A stretch of DNA of 64,000 nucleotides from an uncultured Candidatus Saccharibacteria bacterium (GCA_964372905.1 CAYJQY010000005.1:230-64229), one strand, 5' to 3'. Positions 45,248 to 55,697 are shown, numbered from the stretch's first letter. Numbers and translations are program-made. Notes: generated by a model from the letters alone, not told the origin.

Positions 45248-46279
45248 CTACAAGCTTGCTTCTAATTTATCGTTGTACTGCCCCATCCTCGCCAAGCCAT
45301 TCAGTTTGGCGCGATGATAAAAAGCTTGTTGCGCCGCAGAAACATTTTCCGGCTTCCCGTTCCAAATTTTCAGCGCGCTGTCCTGCAAAGCCCGACCATA
45401 AGAAAAAGTTAATTGCCACGGCAACGACTTTGACTTATTGATGGCGTTGAGATTCTGTGTCGCCTCAATTTCACTCTGCCCGCCCGACAAGAAGGTCTGA
45501 CCGGGCAAATCATCCGGCAAAACTTTTTTGAACAACCGTAGCGTTGCTTCGGCAACCTGCTTGGGCGCAGCGCGCTCGCCGGAATCTTTGCCAGGAACGA
45601 CCATGTTAGTTTTTAAAATCATTCCGGGAATGAGTACCTCGTGGTTCCTCAATTCCTCAAAAACAGCAGTCAAAACTTTCTCGCTAACTTCTTGACATCG
45701 TTTCAGAGAATGACTGCCATCCATCAAAACTTCTGGTTCAACCATGGGCACCAATCCTATCTGCTGGCAAGCCAGCGCATAAGCCGCCAGGTCTTTGGCG
45801 TTCTGCTGAATATTGGCATCAGTAGGAATGCCTTCGCCAATAGTAATGACCGCCCGCCATTTGGCAAACTTTGCACCCAACTTTACGTACTCTGCTAATC
45901 GTTCGGATAATCCCTCAAGCCCTTTGGTAACCTTCTCTTCCGGTGAATTAGCCATGGCAACTGTGCCCTGGTCAACTTTTATGCCGGAGAGTACGCCTTG
46001 TTGCTGCAAAACCCCTACAAAGCTCTTTCCGTCGCCCGTGCTTTGCCGGATAGTTTCATCAAACAATATTATGCCGGAAATATAATCGCCGAGCCCGGGG
46101 GTGGTAAAGAGCAGTTCTCGATAAACGCGCCTGTTTTCTTCTGTTGATTCGAGATTGATTTTTTTGAAACGCTTCTCAATTGTTCCCAAGCTCTCGTCCG
46201 CGGCCAAAATTCCCTTGTTTGGCGCAACCATGGCCAGCGCAGTTTCCCTAAGCTGTTTATCGGGAGTGGAATCCAACAT
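45248..46279 (-). CDS. fba: fructose-bisphosphate aldolase class I
   Basis: GILAADES, IKVDQG and LSGGQS motifs. Confidence 0.85.
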   Translation of the reverse strand: MLDSTPDKQLRETALAMVAPNKGILAADESLGTIEKRFKKINLESTEENRRVYRELLFTTPGLGDYISGIILFDETIRQSTGDGKSFVGVLQQQGVLSGIKVDQGTVAMANSPEEKVTKGLEGLSERLAEYVKLGAKFAKWRAVITIGEGIPTDANIQQNAKDLAAYALACQQIGLVPMVEPEVLMDGSHSLKRCQEVSEKVLTAVFEELRNHEVLIPGMILKTNMVVPGKDSGERAAPKQVAEATLRLFKKVLPDDLPGQTFLSGGQSEIEATQNLNAINKSKSLPWQLTFSYGRALQDSALKIWNGKPENVSAAQQAFYHRAKLNGLARMGQYNDKLEASL

Positions 46280-46283
46280 GATA

Positions 46284-48209
46284 TTAACGACTGCTTATAA
46301 CTTCTTTAACTTTCTTAATGATAGCATTTTTTGAGATTTCTTCGTAGTCCAGGAGTTCGGCGGGCTTGCCGCTTTTGGGCATTTTGCGCACGGCCAGGCT
46401 GTGGACTTTGGCGACGCCTGTACCCGCCGCCTCGTTTCCGGCCAGAGCGGCCATGACCGCCTCGCCCAGGCCGCCTTCCGGAAAATGGTCTTCCACGGTA
46501 ATAATGGCTTTGGTTTCGGCCGCGGCTTTCTGCAAGGTGGCAACGTCAATTGGTTTGATGCTGTAAAGATCGATAACGCGCGCCGCAATCCCCTCTTTTT
46601 GTAAATCATCATACGCAGCCAGCGCTTCGTGCAGGGTCACTCCGGCCGCGACAATCGTAACAGAATCTTTGCCTCCGGTGCCGACGGCTGACCGCAAAAC
46701 TTTGCTGCCGCCGATGGGGAACGAGTCGTCTGTGCCATAGAGAATCGGAGTATCCTTGCGCGTGGTGCGGATATAAACATTGCCGTGGTGCTCGGCTGCC
46801 GCTTCCACCAATTTTTCGCACGAGACGGCGTCGGACGGATACAACACCACGCCTTTATGCAGAGTACGAAACATGGCCAAATCTTCCAAACCCATTTGCG
46901 AGGAGCCGTCCTCGCCAATGCTCACGCCGGCGTGCGAGCCCACAAATTTGATGTTGCCGTCGGAATACTGGCTCATGCGAATCTGGTCGAAGGCGCGCGT
47001 GAAGAACGCGGCGAATGTGGACACGAAGGGAATTTTACCGCGGCGCGATAAGCCCAAAGCCGCGCCGACCATGTTCTGCTCGGCAATATACATCTCAAAA
47101 AATCTTTCCGGGTGATTTTTTTTGATGAATTCGGCGTAGGTGGAGTTGCTGGTTTCGGCATCCAGCACCACTAGACCTGGTATGGCCGGAGCCAAACGGG
47201 CCAAAGCATTGCCGTAAGCCTTGCGCGTGGCCACGGGCTTGTCGGGCGGATAGCCAAACGGTGCGGCAGCGGATATTCCGGAACCGGATGAATCAACTGC
47301 TGATTTAATTTGTTCCGGTTTGGCCAATTCGCCGCGCACTGTTACATCCACCTCGCCCAGCTCCTTAAGTGCTTCCGGCAATTCTTCTTTGGATAACGGC
47401 TTGCCGTGCCAGTTGTCTTTATTTTCAAAATACGGCACGCCCTTGCCTTTCAAAGTTTTGGCGATGATCATGGTAGGCATATCCTTGCTTTCGGCAGCCG
47501 CGCCGCCGGCGGCGGCATTGGCTTTGGCAGAGGCGAACGAGACGGCTTTTTTGTAAGCCGCTGCAATCTCATCCAAATTATGCCCGTCAATCACAATAGT
47601 ATTCCAGCCGAACGCGCCCACGCGTCTTTCATACGCGGCAATATCGTGCCCATACATAGTTTCGCCGCGCTGGCCCAAACGGTTCACATCAATAATCCCA
47701 ACCAGATTATTTAATTTATAATGCGCGGCGAGTTGGATGGCCTCCCACACCGAGCCCTCGGCCATTTCGCTGTCGCCGAGCAAAACAAAAGTCCGGTACG
47801 GGAGCTTGTCAACGTATTTTGCGTTTAGTGCCATACCCACGCCAATGGACAAGCCCTGACCTAATGAGCCGGTTGCGGCTTCGGTGTAAGGAAACTGCAT
47901 GGTCGGATGCCCTTCAAGCTGACTGCCGAACTTACGCAAAGTTTTCAGTTCGGCTTCGGTAATTTTTCCCGCTGCAGGGTACAAAGAATAAAACAACGGC
48001 GCAGCATGGCCTTTGGAAAAAATCAAGCGGTCATTGTTAGGGTGCTCGGGATGATCTAAATCGAACCGAAAATGTTCGCCGAAAAACAGCACAGTCATGA
48101 GGTCAGCCGCGCTCAAAGACGAGGTCGGATGCCCGCTTCCCGCCTCGGTAGTTGAGATTAAAATAAAATAACGAATTAGCTTGGCGAGTTTTGCCGGATC
48201 GTTGTCCAT
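46284..48209 (-). CDS. tkt: transketolase
   Basis: TEAGSGHPTSS, GDSEMAEG and ThDP/Pyr domains; 641 aa. Confidence 0.9.
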   Translation of the reverse strand: MDNDPAKLAKLIRYFILISTTEAGSGHPTSSLSAADLMTVLFFGEHFRFDLDHPEHPNNDRLIFSKGHAAPLFYSLYPAAGKITEAELKTLRKFGSQLEGHPTMQFPYTEAATGSLGQGLSIGVGMALNAKYVDKLPYRTFVLLGDSEMAEGSVWEAIQLAAHYKLNNLVGIIDVNRLGQRGETMYGHDIAAYERRVGAFGWNTIVIDGHNLDEIAAAYKKAVSFASAKANAAAGGAAAESKDMPTMIIAKTLKGKGVPYFENKDNWHGKPLSKEELPEALKELGEVDVTVRGELAKPEQIKSAVDSSGSGISAAAPFGYPPDKPVATRKAYGNALARLAPAIPGLVVLDAETSNSTYAEFIKKNHPERFFEMYIAEQNMVGAALGLSRRGKIPFVSTFAAFFTRAFDQIRMSQYSDGNIKFVGSHAGVSIGEDGSSQMGLEDLAMFRTLHKGVVLYPSDAVSCEKLVEAAAEHHGNVYIRTTRKDTPILYGTDDSFPIGGSKVLRSAVGTGGKDSVTIVAAGVTLHEALAAYDDLQKEGIAARVIDLYSIKPIDVATLQKAAAETKAIITVEDHFPEGGLGEAVMAALAGNEAAGTGVAKVHSLAVRKMPKSGKPAELLDYEEISKNAIIKKVKEVISSR

Positions 48210-48224
48210 AAGCTGATACTTTCT

Positions 48225-48794
48225 CTAACTTTGCGCCATCTTCGTCACCCACTCACTCACATCGGGCAGCATTGTGCAGCTATTTTCGTCATCAATGGGA
48301 CCGGAGAAATGCTGCATTTTGTGTTTGATGATGAGTTCGCCGCCGAGTTTTTCTTTCAAGATTACGCCGTGCAATAAAGGGATGAGCGGGTCATCATCAG
48401 ATTCTATCAAAACAATGTTGTCAGTGTGCGAGCGGATGCGCCCAAAATCGAGCGGATTAAGGAAAAAATTCTTGAGTTCGGGATGGCCGAGGTCGTTTAT
48501 GAAAGGCGCCACCAGCACGATGCCGCCGACGCGCTCGTTTTCCGAGATCTCCTCCAGATAGCGCATGATGGTAATGGCGCCGGCGCTATGGCCGACCAAA
48601 AATAAATCTTTGTCGGGTGTGCCGACGACTTTGCGCAGCTCGGGCAGCCACAAACTTAAATTCGGCATGTCAGTTTGCGGCATGGGCGGCACCATCACTT
48701 CAAATCCGGCCGCGGCCAGCTCGCGCTTGGTCTGCGGATACCAGCAATAATCGGGATAGCCGCTCCAGCAATGAATAATAACGACGCGTTTCAT
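48225..48794 (-). CDS. alpha/beta-hydrolase-fold serine hydrolase (YdeN/RBBP9-like), paralogous to the LeuS insertion
   Basis: VVIIHCWSGYPD…FLVGHSAGAI (GHSxG nucleophile elbow)…IVLVAPF…; 189 aa. Confidence 0.6.
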   Translation of the reverse strand: MKRVVIIHCWSGYPDYCWYPQTKRELAAAGFEVMVPPMPQTDMPNLSLWLPELRKVVGTPDKDLFLVGHSAGAITIMRYLEEISENERVGGIVLVAPFINDLGHPELKNFFLNPLDFGRIRSHTDNIVLIESDDDPLIPLLHGVILKEKLGGELIIKHKMQHFSGPIDDENSCTMLPDVSEWVTKMAQS

Positions 48795-48848
48795 AAAATC
48801 TTCTTAAAATATAATTTTAGTTGATCCTATCTGCGGAACTGTCTCGGC

Positions 48849-49178
48849 TTACCTGTCATCCCCGCTGCCGGATAATTGTCCCCGCTCCATGCGCGAACGC
48901 AATTTGGCAAGATTGCCGGCTGCGACATCTTCCAAATCTAAACCCAGTTCGGTTGATAATTGAGCCATATACCACAAGACGTCGCCGAGCTCTTCCATAA
49001 TCTCTTTTTTGCGCGCTTCATCAACAACGCCGGCGTGGTCCCGCAGGGCTTTCTTAATCTTTTCCGCCACTTCGCCCGCCTCGCCCACCAAGCCCAGCGT
49101 AGGATAAACAAAATTCTGTCCGCTGTCCGGATACTTGGCGGTAACGCGCGACTGCTCCTGATATTGTTGGAACGTCAT
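48849..49178 (-). CDS. MazG-like nucleotide pyrophosphohydrolase
   Basis: LGLVGEAGEVAE…EELGDVLWY pattern; 109 aa. A TGgTATAAT -10 lies immediately upstream (49187-49195). Confidence 0.65.
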   Translation of the reverse strand: MTFQQYQEQSRVTAKYPDSGQNFVYPTLGLVGEAGEVAEKIKKALRDHAGVVDEARKKEIMEELGDVLWYMAQLSTELGLDLEDVAAGNLAKLRSRMERGQLSGSGDDR

Positions 49179-49202
49179 ATATTTCCATTATACCATATAA
49201 TA

Positions 49203-49228
49203 AAACCCCGGCCGTTAAGCCGGGGTTT
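49203..49228 (-). terminator. terminator-like hairpin downstream of tRNA-Pro/parB
   Basis: Reverse strand reads aaaccccggc-ttaacg-gccggggttt followed by tattatat. Confidence 0.4.
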
Positions 49229-49330
49229 CTGCTAGCTGATTTAGTGTCCGCCGATCATAAATTATTTCCTTTTTGTTTCTGCCGAAATGGCAATTAATGT
49301 TTGCTAAGTTCATCGCGGGGTTAACCCTTC

Positions 49331-49404
49331 TGGTCGGGCTGCTGGGAATCGAACCCAGACTACATCCACCCCATGGACGCGTACTACCACTATACTACAG
49401 CCCG
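49331..49404 (-). tRNA. tRNA-Pro (anticodon GGG), CCA encoded
   Basis: CGGGCUG acceptor pairs with CAGCCCG; D-loop AGUGGUA; anticodon stem CGUCC/GGAUG with loop AUGGGGU; T-arm CUGGG-UUCGAUU-CCCAG; then ACCA. Confidence 0.85.
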
Positions 49405-49416
49405 GTATGTTCGTTG

Positions 49417-50295
49417 TCAAACCGTGATAAAGCCCCCGTTCTCCTCTTCACCCGCTTCCGACATCTTATGGATTATATCATTAAGTTCTTCGTCGCTGAA
49501 AAATTCTATGGTGATTTTGCCGCCGCGGCCCTGGCGCTGGATTTTGACCTGTGTCCCCAGCTTGCCGCGCAGTTCATTTTCCAAAGCCATTAACTTGGGA
49601 TCCGGGGCCGCGGCATCCACGCGGCGGCGCGCCGTAAGTTCCCGCACCTTGTTCTCCACCTGGCGCACATTCAAACCCTGTTCCAAAATCAGCCGATACA
49701 GCCCCAGTTGCTTTTCTATGTCGCCGAGGCCGAGAATGGCTCGCGCGTGCCCCTCGCTGATTTTTCCTTCAATGAGCGCCCGTTGCAACTCCGCCGGCAA
49801 ATGCAGCAGCCGCAAAGTATTGGTAATGGATGGCCGCGACTTGCCCACTTTTCTGGCCACCTCTTCCTGGGTCAAACGAAAGGTCTGAATGAGCCGGTCA
49901 TAAGCTTGCGCCTCTTCAATGGGATTAAGTTCCTGGCGTTGGATGTTTTCAATAAGCGCGACTTCCAGCTTGGTCTGGTCTTCCAAAGTTTTTTTGACGA
50001 TGGCCGGCACCGTGGCCAATCCGGCCAAAATTGCCGCGCGAAACCGCCGCTCGCCCACCACCAGTTCGTAGCCTTCGGGTGTTTGTGTCACCACCACGGG
50101 CTGGATTACGCCGTGCTCGCGGATGGAATCGGCCAGTTCGCGCAAGGCCGCCTCATTAAAAACTTTACGCGGCTGAAACGGGTTCGGCGCGATTTTGGCA
50201 ACATCAATCTCCTCAATCTGCGCGTCAGCGTAGGAGAGTTTGTCAGTACCTATTGTAGCCATACTAGTTTGCCCGTTCAGATCGTCAATCATCAT
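49417..50295 (-). CDS. parB: chromosome partitioning protein ParB/Spo0J
   Basis: …IQPVVV…GERRFRAA… ParB box and HTH …SRPSITNTLRLL. Confidence 0.85.
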   Translation of the reverse strand: MMIDDLNGQTSMATIGTDKLSYADAQIEEIDVAKIAPNPFQPRKVFNEAALRELADSIREHGVIQPVVVTQTPEGYELVVGERRFRAAILAGLATVPAIVKKTLEDQTKLEVALIENIQRQELNPIEEAQAYDRLIQTFRLTQEEVARKVGKSRPSITNTLRLLHLPAELQRALIEGKISEGHARAILGLGDIEKQLGLYRLILEQGLNVRQVENKVRELTARRRVDAAAPDPKLMALENELRGKLGTQVKIQRQGRGGKITIEFFSDEELNDIIHKMSEAGEEENGGFITV

Positions 50296-51785
50296 TCAGA
50301 CTTAATTGTGCGAATCGGTTCTATCCTCAAATCGCCTCGATCGTTCACAAATGCCACGGTTTCACCATCTGGACTCAATTGCATCTGCCTGACTACACTT
50401 CTACCAAATTTATCATCAATAAATGTTCGTTCGGATGTGCCAGTCTTCCAATTATATAGCACGGCATACCTGTGGGACGCATCACCGGAAAGCACAAGCA
50501 GTAAATCGCTCCGCGGAACGAAAGCTACGGCTCTTAAATCACCTCGGAGCTTCCACTGGCTTATGATTTTGTTCTGATTTGCTACATCATACACGCTCAT
50601 CTCATGATCATTTGGTTGGTCATTTGGTTTTGCATACGATACTTCCAATGCGATGGCCAAATGTCTACCAGAATCATCAACTCCTACCCCGGAGATTACA
50701 TTTGCCCGATTGTTATCACTATAATATGGTGCTGCTTGATTGCCAATGTATAGCTCATATGTGGGTTCATGTCTACTGCCATCAGTTTTTATATGCCAAA
50801 TATATACGGAGAGAAAACGCCCGGCCGCGGCCAAATACGATCTATTAGGGCTTACTGAAAAAGCTCCCTCTCTGTAATTCAAATAATCGGTGCGCCATTG
50901 ATCGCCAGATTTAACATCCTTGCCATAAACCGTTTGTACTGCACCTGTTTTAGTTATGCTCGTAAGAATAAGGTCCAAATTATTAGAACCTATCTTAAAA
51001 AGATGCATTTGCAGGTCATAATCGCTTCCCAGTTCGCTTAATTGATTTTTTTTAAAATCATAAATATATGATAGACCGTCCCGTACATTGAGCAATATCC
51101 TATCATAACCTAATATCCGAATTTGTCTGATTCCCAATTCATTTTCAAACGGCAGCTCGCTGACAATCTTTTTCGGCAACAAAGAATAAACACGCAAATA
51201 ATGAGACTCTGCAACAGCAGCAATTCCCCGTGTAACATTATAATCAAAACTTTTCACTGCTTCGCCCCTGCCGGGAAATTCAACTACTTGACTTTCCGGC
51301 TCAACTTTTACTCTTCGGTCCTGAACCGCATAGTCGTGCGGCCAATACTTTTTCTTCAAAAATTGGGTACCCCTTTCTAACCCAGCCTTTACCGAGTTTG
51401 TTTTTTCCCTAGCCTGATCTGACAATCTTTTCAACCAACCGCTTTCCTTTTGTAATAGTTCTGTATGCTGGACAATTAAATCCCGCAGCATGGTAGCGCG
51501 GGGTTGCGACGCCAAACCGCCAGCAAGTTCTTCTCGAGCAGCATGAATAATTGACCGGCGCAATTCACAAACTTGTTCCACCGTTTGTTTGTCAGCATTA
51601 ACTGCCTTGATTATCGGATGGACTAATAAAAAAGTTGAGCGATCATTATCCCTGTAACCGACCACACCAAGGCTGCGGGAAATACCTTTTAATCGCTCAT
51701 AATATTGACCCAAGGGATCTTCGGGAATTTCCGACAACAACCGTTGGATTTCGGTGGGAATGGGAGGCTTTATTTCCGCGCCCAT
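50292..51785 (-). CDS. hypothetical protein with C-terminal beta-propeller-like repeats, low GC
   Basis: 497 aa whose stop overlaps the parB start; it occupies the position where parA is usually found. WD40-like …VAFVPRSDLLLVLSGD…. Confidence 0.45.
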   Translation of the reverse strand: MGAEIKPPIPTEIQRLLSEIPEDPLGQYYERLKGISRSLGVVGYRDNDRSTFLLVHPIIKAVNADKQTVEQVCELRRSIIHAAREELAGGLASQPRATMLRDLIVQHTELLQKESGWLKRLSDQAREKTNSVKAGLERGTQFLKKKYWPHDYAVQDRRVKVEPESQVVEFPGRGEAVKSFDYNVTRGIAAVAESHYLRVYSLLPKKIVSELPFENELGIRQIRILGYDRILLNVRDGLSYIYDFKKNQLSELGSDYDLQMHLFKIGSNNLDLILTSITKTGAVQTVYGKDVKSGDQWRTDYLNYREGAFSVSPNRSYLAAAGRFLSVYIWHIKTDGSRHEPTYELYIGNQAAPYYSDNNRANVISGVGVDDSGRHLAIALEVSYAKPNDQPNDHEMSVYDVANQNKIISQWKLRGDLRAVAFVPRSDLLLVLSGDASHRYAVLYNWKTGTSERTFIDDKFGRSVVRQMQLSPDGETVAFVNDRGDLRIEPIRTIKSE

Positions 51786-51859
51786 GAGTTAAGATATTAT
51801 TGATAAATTACTAAAGAAGCAACTTTATGTCCGCTGGAGGATGGAAACAGGCCTAACCT

Positions 51860-52183
51860 TTACAACAGGAATTTTATCAGAAAAATCAAGGAGTTTCCAG
51901 ACTCGGTCAGCATAGCTATTGACTTTTGGTCGTTTAAGTAAGAAATGGAGGCATTGGTCCTTTTTAAAAGAATCGAGCAAAGATCTTTCGTATGCGGGGA
52001 TAATATCGTTTTTAATTTCCCGCGTTCCATTAAGACTTTTACCAAACTGGCGTAGTCGCCGTCGTAAATCACTTCTTTAAAGACAAGGGTAAACTCGGCT
52101 TCTTGAAGATAGGTATAAAGATCCTTGTACTTGGGAATGAGGCCGATGAAAATATAGGCAAAATTGTTTTCTTTCCTAATCAT
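51860..52183 (-). CDS. hypothetical protein or gene fragment (107 aa, AT-rich)
   Basis: ORF only; a 75-nt gap separates it from the upstream gene, so it may be a remnant. Confidence 0.3.
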   Translation of the reverse strand: MIRKENNFAYIFIGLIPKYKDLYTYLQEAEFTLVFKEVIYDGDYASLVKVLMERGKLKTILSPHTKDLCSILLKRTNASISYLNDQKSIAMLTESGNSLIFLIKFLL

Positions 52184-52425
52184 AGCCTTTGCCCCCGTAT
52201 TAATTTTGACGGCGTATTATGTATCAACAAAATCCGAACTTGAAAGTAACTCGCTGGTCAATCTTTACCCATGTGAACCGTTGGCCTTTTCTACTTGGTG
52301 CCGTATTCTTGAATTAGTCCGAACGCATTTCGCCGCCTGTGGCGGCGAGAAAAGCCCACCGCGAAAATTCGGAAAGGCGGCGGAGCCGCACCGCTGACAA
52401 TTTCAAGTTTTTCTTTAGCGACATT

Positions 52426-52449
52426 AAACCCAAAAATTCGCGAAGCGAA
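52426..52449 (-). terminator. intrinsic terminator after ribA
   Basis: Reverse strand reads ttcgc-ttc-gcgaa followed by tttttgggttt. Confidence 0.45.
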
Positions 52450-52470
52450 TACAAATATATTTTATGAAAA

Positions 52471-53139
52471 CTATTTACCATTCTTTTTCTTCAGAGTTAA
52501 AAAATGTCCGAGCTTCACTTTTTTCGAAAACATTTCGGATTTATTGTATTCGCTTAATGAAACTTCGTGAGATACTCGTTCAACAAAAATTCCTGCTTTT
52601 TTCAAAAGTGCAATACGATTCGGATTATTCGACATTAACCGAATATTTTTTAGTCCGAAATGGCGAAGAATATCTGCCACATCTCCATAATGTTTTCGGT
52701 AATCTTCATCAAACCCGAGCGAAGTATAAGCATCTACAACTAACTCATGCTTTCTACGCTGACCTTCGGCGTACACAAGAAAGTGATTTCTTAATCCAAC
52801 AGCTTTACCATGCTGTTCAAACGCAAATATGATTAACCCATTTTTTTCTTCATCAATACGCCGCTTTGCTTCTTCCAACTGCCAACCACAATCGCAATAT
52901 TGTGAACCAAAGAGGTGTCCCCAAATACAGACAGATTCTACGCGCACTAGTGGCTTTTTAACTTTTGCCGGATTGCCTTTGATTAAAGCGGCGTATTGCC
53001 CGTCCGGAAAAGCAAAATACCAGAGAGTAAACTCACTTATCTTTCCATTGTTGTTAGAAAGTTTGAGTGGCAATTTTACAGGTCCGACCAATTCGTATCT
53101 GCCAAATTGGTGGACTGTTTTGATTTCTTGTTTTTTCAT
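52471..53139 (-). CDS. ribA: GTP cyclohydrolase II
   Basis: …VRVESVCIWGHLFGSQYCDCGWQLEEA… The ORF-track N-terminus runs through the tRNA-Leu gene, so the start was set at MKKQEIK (ATG 53139). Confidence 0.7.
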   Translation of the reverse strand: MKKQEIKTVHQFGRYELVGPVKLPLKLSNNNGKISEFTLWYFAFPDGQYAALIKGNPAKVKKPLVRVESVCIWGHLFGSQYCDCGWQLEEAKRRIDEEKNGLIIFAFEQHGKAVGLRNHFLVYAEGQRRKHELVVDAYTSLGFDEDYRKHYGDVADILRHFGLKNIRLMSNNPNRIALLKKAGIFVERVSHEVSLSEYNKSEMFSKKVKLGHFLTLKKKNGK

Positions 53140-53220
53140 AAGGATTAAAAAATTTTCTTCCCCCAAAATGCGGAACCGCGAATTCGTTTTTGCCCCCAAA
53201 ATCGCTTGCAATTTCCTACA

Positions 53221-53305
53221 TGGTGCCGGTGGTGGGAGTCGAACCCACACATCTTGCGATACACGATTTTGAGTCGTGCGCGTCTGCCAGTTCCGCCACA
53301 CCGGC
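53221..53305 (-). tRNA. tRNA-Leu (anticodon CAA), type II with long variable arm, CCA encoded
   Basis: GCCGGUG acceptor pairs with CACCGGC; anticodon stem CACGA/UCGUG with loop CUCAAAA; T-arm GUGGG-UUCGACU-CCCAC; then ACCA. Confidence 0.85.
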
Positions 53306-53370
53306 TTGCGTTAATAAACTTAAAATTACTGCCGGGCCAACCTCAAACCGGCCAGCTTAATTTTATCACA

Positions 53371-53961
53371 CTAGCCGCGGCGTGTAAAAGGCAAAAGCCT
53401 ATCAGATATGCGGGAAACTCTATCCGTGAAACTATGGCCGCGAGGCGCAATCACATAATGAACAATGAGCCCCGCCAAAATGCCGACCACTGCGCCGCCA
53501 ATAATATCAGTAGGATAATGCACACCGCCGGCCACGCGCGCCGCGCCAATCAGCAACCCCAACACCATGAGCCCGACCCCGGCCTTGCGGTTATAAAAAT
53601 AAATTACCGTGGCCATGCCGAACACGGCGGCTGCGTGGCCCGAGGGAAAGGCCGACTCGTATTCCTTGAAGATTAACTGCGTGACTGCGGGGTAAACCAA
53701 AAACGGTCGCGGCCGGATGATGACGAGTTTGAGAATTTCCGCCAGGATGCCGCGGCTGATAATCAACCCAATAAAAGTCATGAGTACCAACTTGCGGCTG
53801 CGGAACCGGTCGCGGCCGACAAACCAACAAATAAGCAGCCCGAGCGGAATAGAGTACCAAAAATAAACGCCAATGAAAGCAATGAGCGCGTCAAGCCCGG
53901 CGCTGCGGCCGGCCAAGCCATTGAGCGCAAACAGGAGCGAATGATCAAATCCGGCCAACAT
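53371..53961 (-). CDS. PAP2-family membrane phosphatase (undecaprenyl-diphosphatase-like)
   Basis: …PSGHAA…GVHYPTD motifs. Confidence 0.7.
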   Translation of the reverse strand: MLAGFDHSLLFALNGLAGRSAGLDALIAFIGVYFWYSIPLGLLICWFVGRDRFRSRKLVLMTFIGLIISRGILAEILKLVIIRPRPFLVYPAVTQLIFKEYESAFPSGHAAAVFGMATVIYFYNRKAGVGLMVLGLLIGAARVAGGVHYPTDIIGGAVVGILAGLIVHYVIAPRGHSFTDRVSRISDRLLPFTRRG

Positions 53962-53964
53962 AAA

Positions 53965-55305
53965 TTATTCGATCCCCGGCACCGGAAAATTTTTGCAAAA
54001 TTCCCGGATTTCTTCGCGAATGGTTTTTATGGTTTGATTGCCCGCCAGTTCATCTTTAAATTTTTTGATGTAGGCGCCGCGCTCTTTGAGGTCCGCGGGC
54101 AAGCGGTATTTGCCTACTTCGTGCACGGCCCGCGCGATCCACTCCCCGACTTTTACCATTTCCGCTTCTTTCATGCCACGCGTGGTCAGCGCCGGCGTGC
54201 CCAACCGAATGCCGGAAGGATAAAACGGCGAGGATGGGTCCTTCGGTATGGTATTTTTATTGGCGGTCATACCGCCGGCTTCCATAACTTCGCTGGCGAA
54301 CACACCGCCGCCGGGGCCGAACACCGGCACCAGATCAATCAAAATTAAATGATTCTCCGTGCCATCGGCCACGAGTTTCAGGCCGTTGTTTTTTAAACTC
54401 TCGGCTAGGGCTTTGGCGTTGGCCACAATCTGTTTGCCGTAGGCTTTGAATTCTTCAGTAGCCGCTTCTTTCAAGGCAATGGCAATGGCGGCGGTCTGAT
54501 GATCATGCGGCCCGCCTTGCAGGCCCGGGAAAACTGCCGCGTCAATCTTCTGCCCTAAATCCGGGTCTTTCTGCAAACCCCGCTCTGTCACCATAATCAT
54601 GCCGCCGCGCGGGCCGCGCAAAGTTTTATGGGTAGTGGTGGTAATAATATGCGCATGGGGCGCAGGGCTGGGATGCGCGGCGGCGGCGATCAAACCGGCT
54701 ACGTGCGCGATGTCGGCAACGTGATACGCCCCAATGCTCTCCGCGACCTCGGTGAACTTGTCATATTCATATAAATAAGTATACGCGGTGGCGCCGGACC
54801 AAATGAGTTTGGGTTTATGCTCTTTGGCCAGACGCCAAACTTCGTCCATATCAATGCGGCCATCTTTTTTCACATGGTACGGCACGCTTTTGTAAAAGAT
54901 GGCTGTGGCCGAAACTTTCCAGCCGTGGGTGAGGTGGCCACCGTCCGGTAAGTTCAGGCCCATTATTACATCGCCGGGATTGCAAGTGGCCATATACACG
55001 GCCAAATTAGCCGGACTGCCGGAATAGGGCTGGACATTGGCGTGCGGCACGCCGAACAATTTTTTTGCCCGCTCAATCGCCAATAATTCCACCTGGTCAA
55101 TAAATTCGTTGCCGCCGTAATAGCGCTTGTGCGCGTATCCTTCGGAATACTTGTTGGTCAAAATACTGCCCATGGCCTCCATGACCGCAGGCGAGGTATA
55201 ATTTTCCGAAGGAATCAATTCCAGGCCATCTTTCTGGCGATTAGCCTCATTTACAATTTGATCGTATATTTCAGCGTCTTGATGCTGAATATGATTGTAA
55301 GACAT
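53965..55305 (-). CDS. glyA: serine hydroxymethyltransferase
   Basis: Length and motifs …THKTLRGPRGG…; 446 aa. Confidence 0.95.
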   Translation of the reverse strand: MSYNHIQHQDAEIYDQIVNEANRQKDGLELIPSENYTSPAVMEAMGSILTNKYSEGYAHKRYYGGNEFIDQVELLAIERAKKLFGVPHANVQPYSGSPANLAVYMATCNPGDVIMGLNLPDGGHLTHGWKVSATAIFYKSVPYHVKKDGRIDMDEVWRLAKEHKPKLIWSGATAYTYLYEYDKFTEVAESIGAYHVADIAHVAGLIAAAAHPSPAPHAHIITTTTHKTLRGPRGGMIMVTERGLQKDPDLGQKIDAAVFPGLQGGPHDHQTAAIAIALKEAATEEFKAYGKQIVANAKALAESLKNNGLKLVADGTENHLILIDLVPVFGPGGGVFASEVMEAGGMTANKNTIPKDPSSPFYPSGIRLGTPALTTRGMKEAEMVKVGEWIARAVHEVGKYRLPADLKERGAYIKKFKDELAGNQTIKTIREEIREFCKNFPVPGIE

Positions 55306-55320
55306 AACTAAATTGTACCA

Positions 55321-55527
55321 TCATTTGCTGTTGGCTTCCAGGCGGGCAACGCGCCGGCAAACATCATACGGCACAATCAATTCCTTAAACCGCTCATCTA
55401 TCCAAACCTGCTGGATTTCAAAAGCTTCCATGACATAGGCTTTAAGATCTGCGGTTTGCGCGGCGAGGTCTGCTTTGTTTGCCAGGCCGCCGACAATCTC
55501 ATCAAAATACTCTTTAGTCAGTTCCAT
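55321..55527 (-). CDS. small hypothetical protein, 68 aa
   Basis: ORF with ATG start lying 16 nt downstream of the glyA stop. Confidence 0.35.
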   Translation of the reverse strand: MELTKEYFDEIVGGLANKADLAAQTADLKAYVMEAFEIQQVWIDERFKELIVPYDVCRRVARLEANSK

Positions 55528-55697
55528 AAATCCGTTCTTTAAATAGTTAGGGTGTCATCTTAACACAATGCTGATCAAGCCAGGATAAAATATTCTTCAA
55601 ATCTTTTTAAACTTTGCTACTTTCCTTTCAAATAAAGGAAAAAATATTTTGGCAAATATGAATCTTCGACCAGCAAGCCGGTCGGAAAGATCAAGTT

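Noticed and set aside
52471-53301. ORF-track N-terminal 54 residues of ribA
   Set aside because: They read through the tRNA-Leu gene (GTG start at 53301). The GTP cyclohydrolase II homology begins at MKKQEIK.
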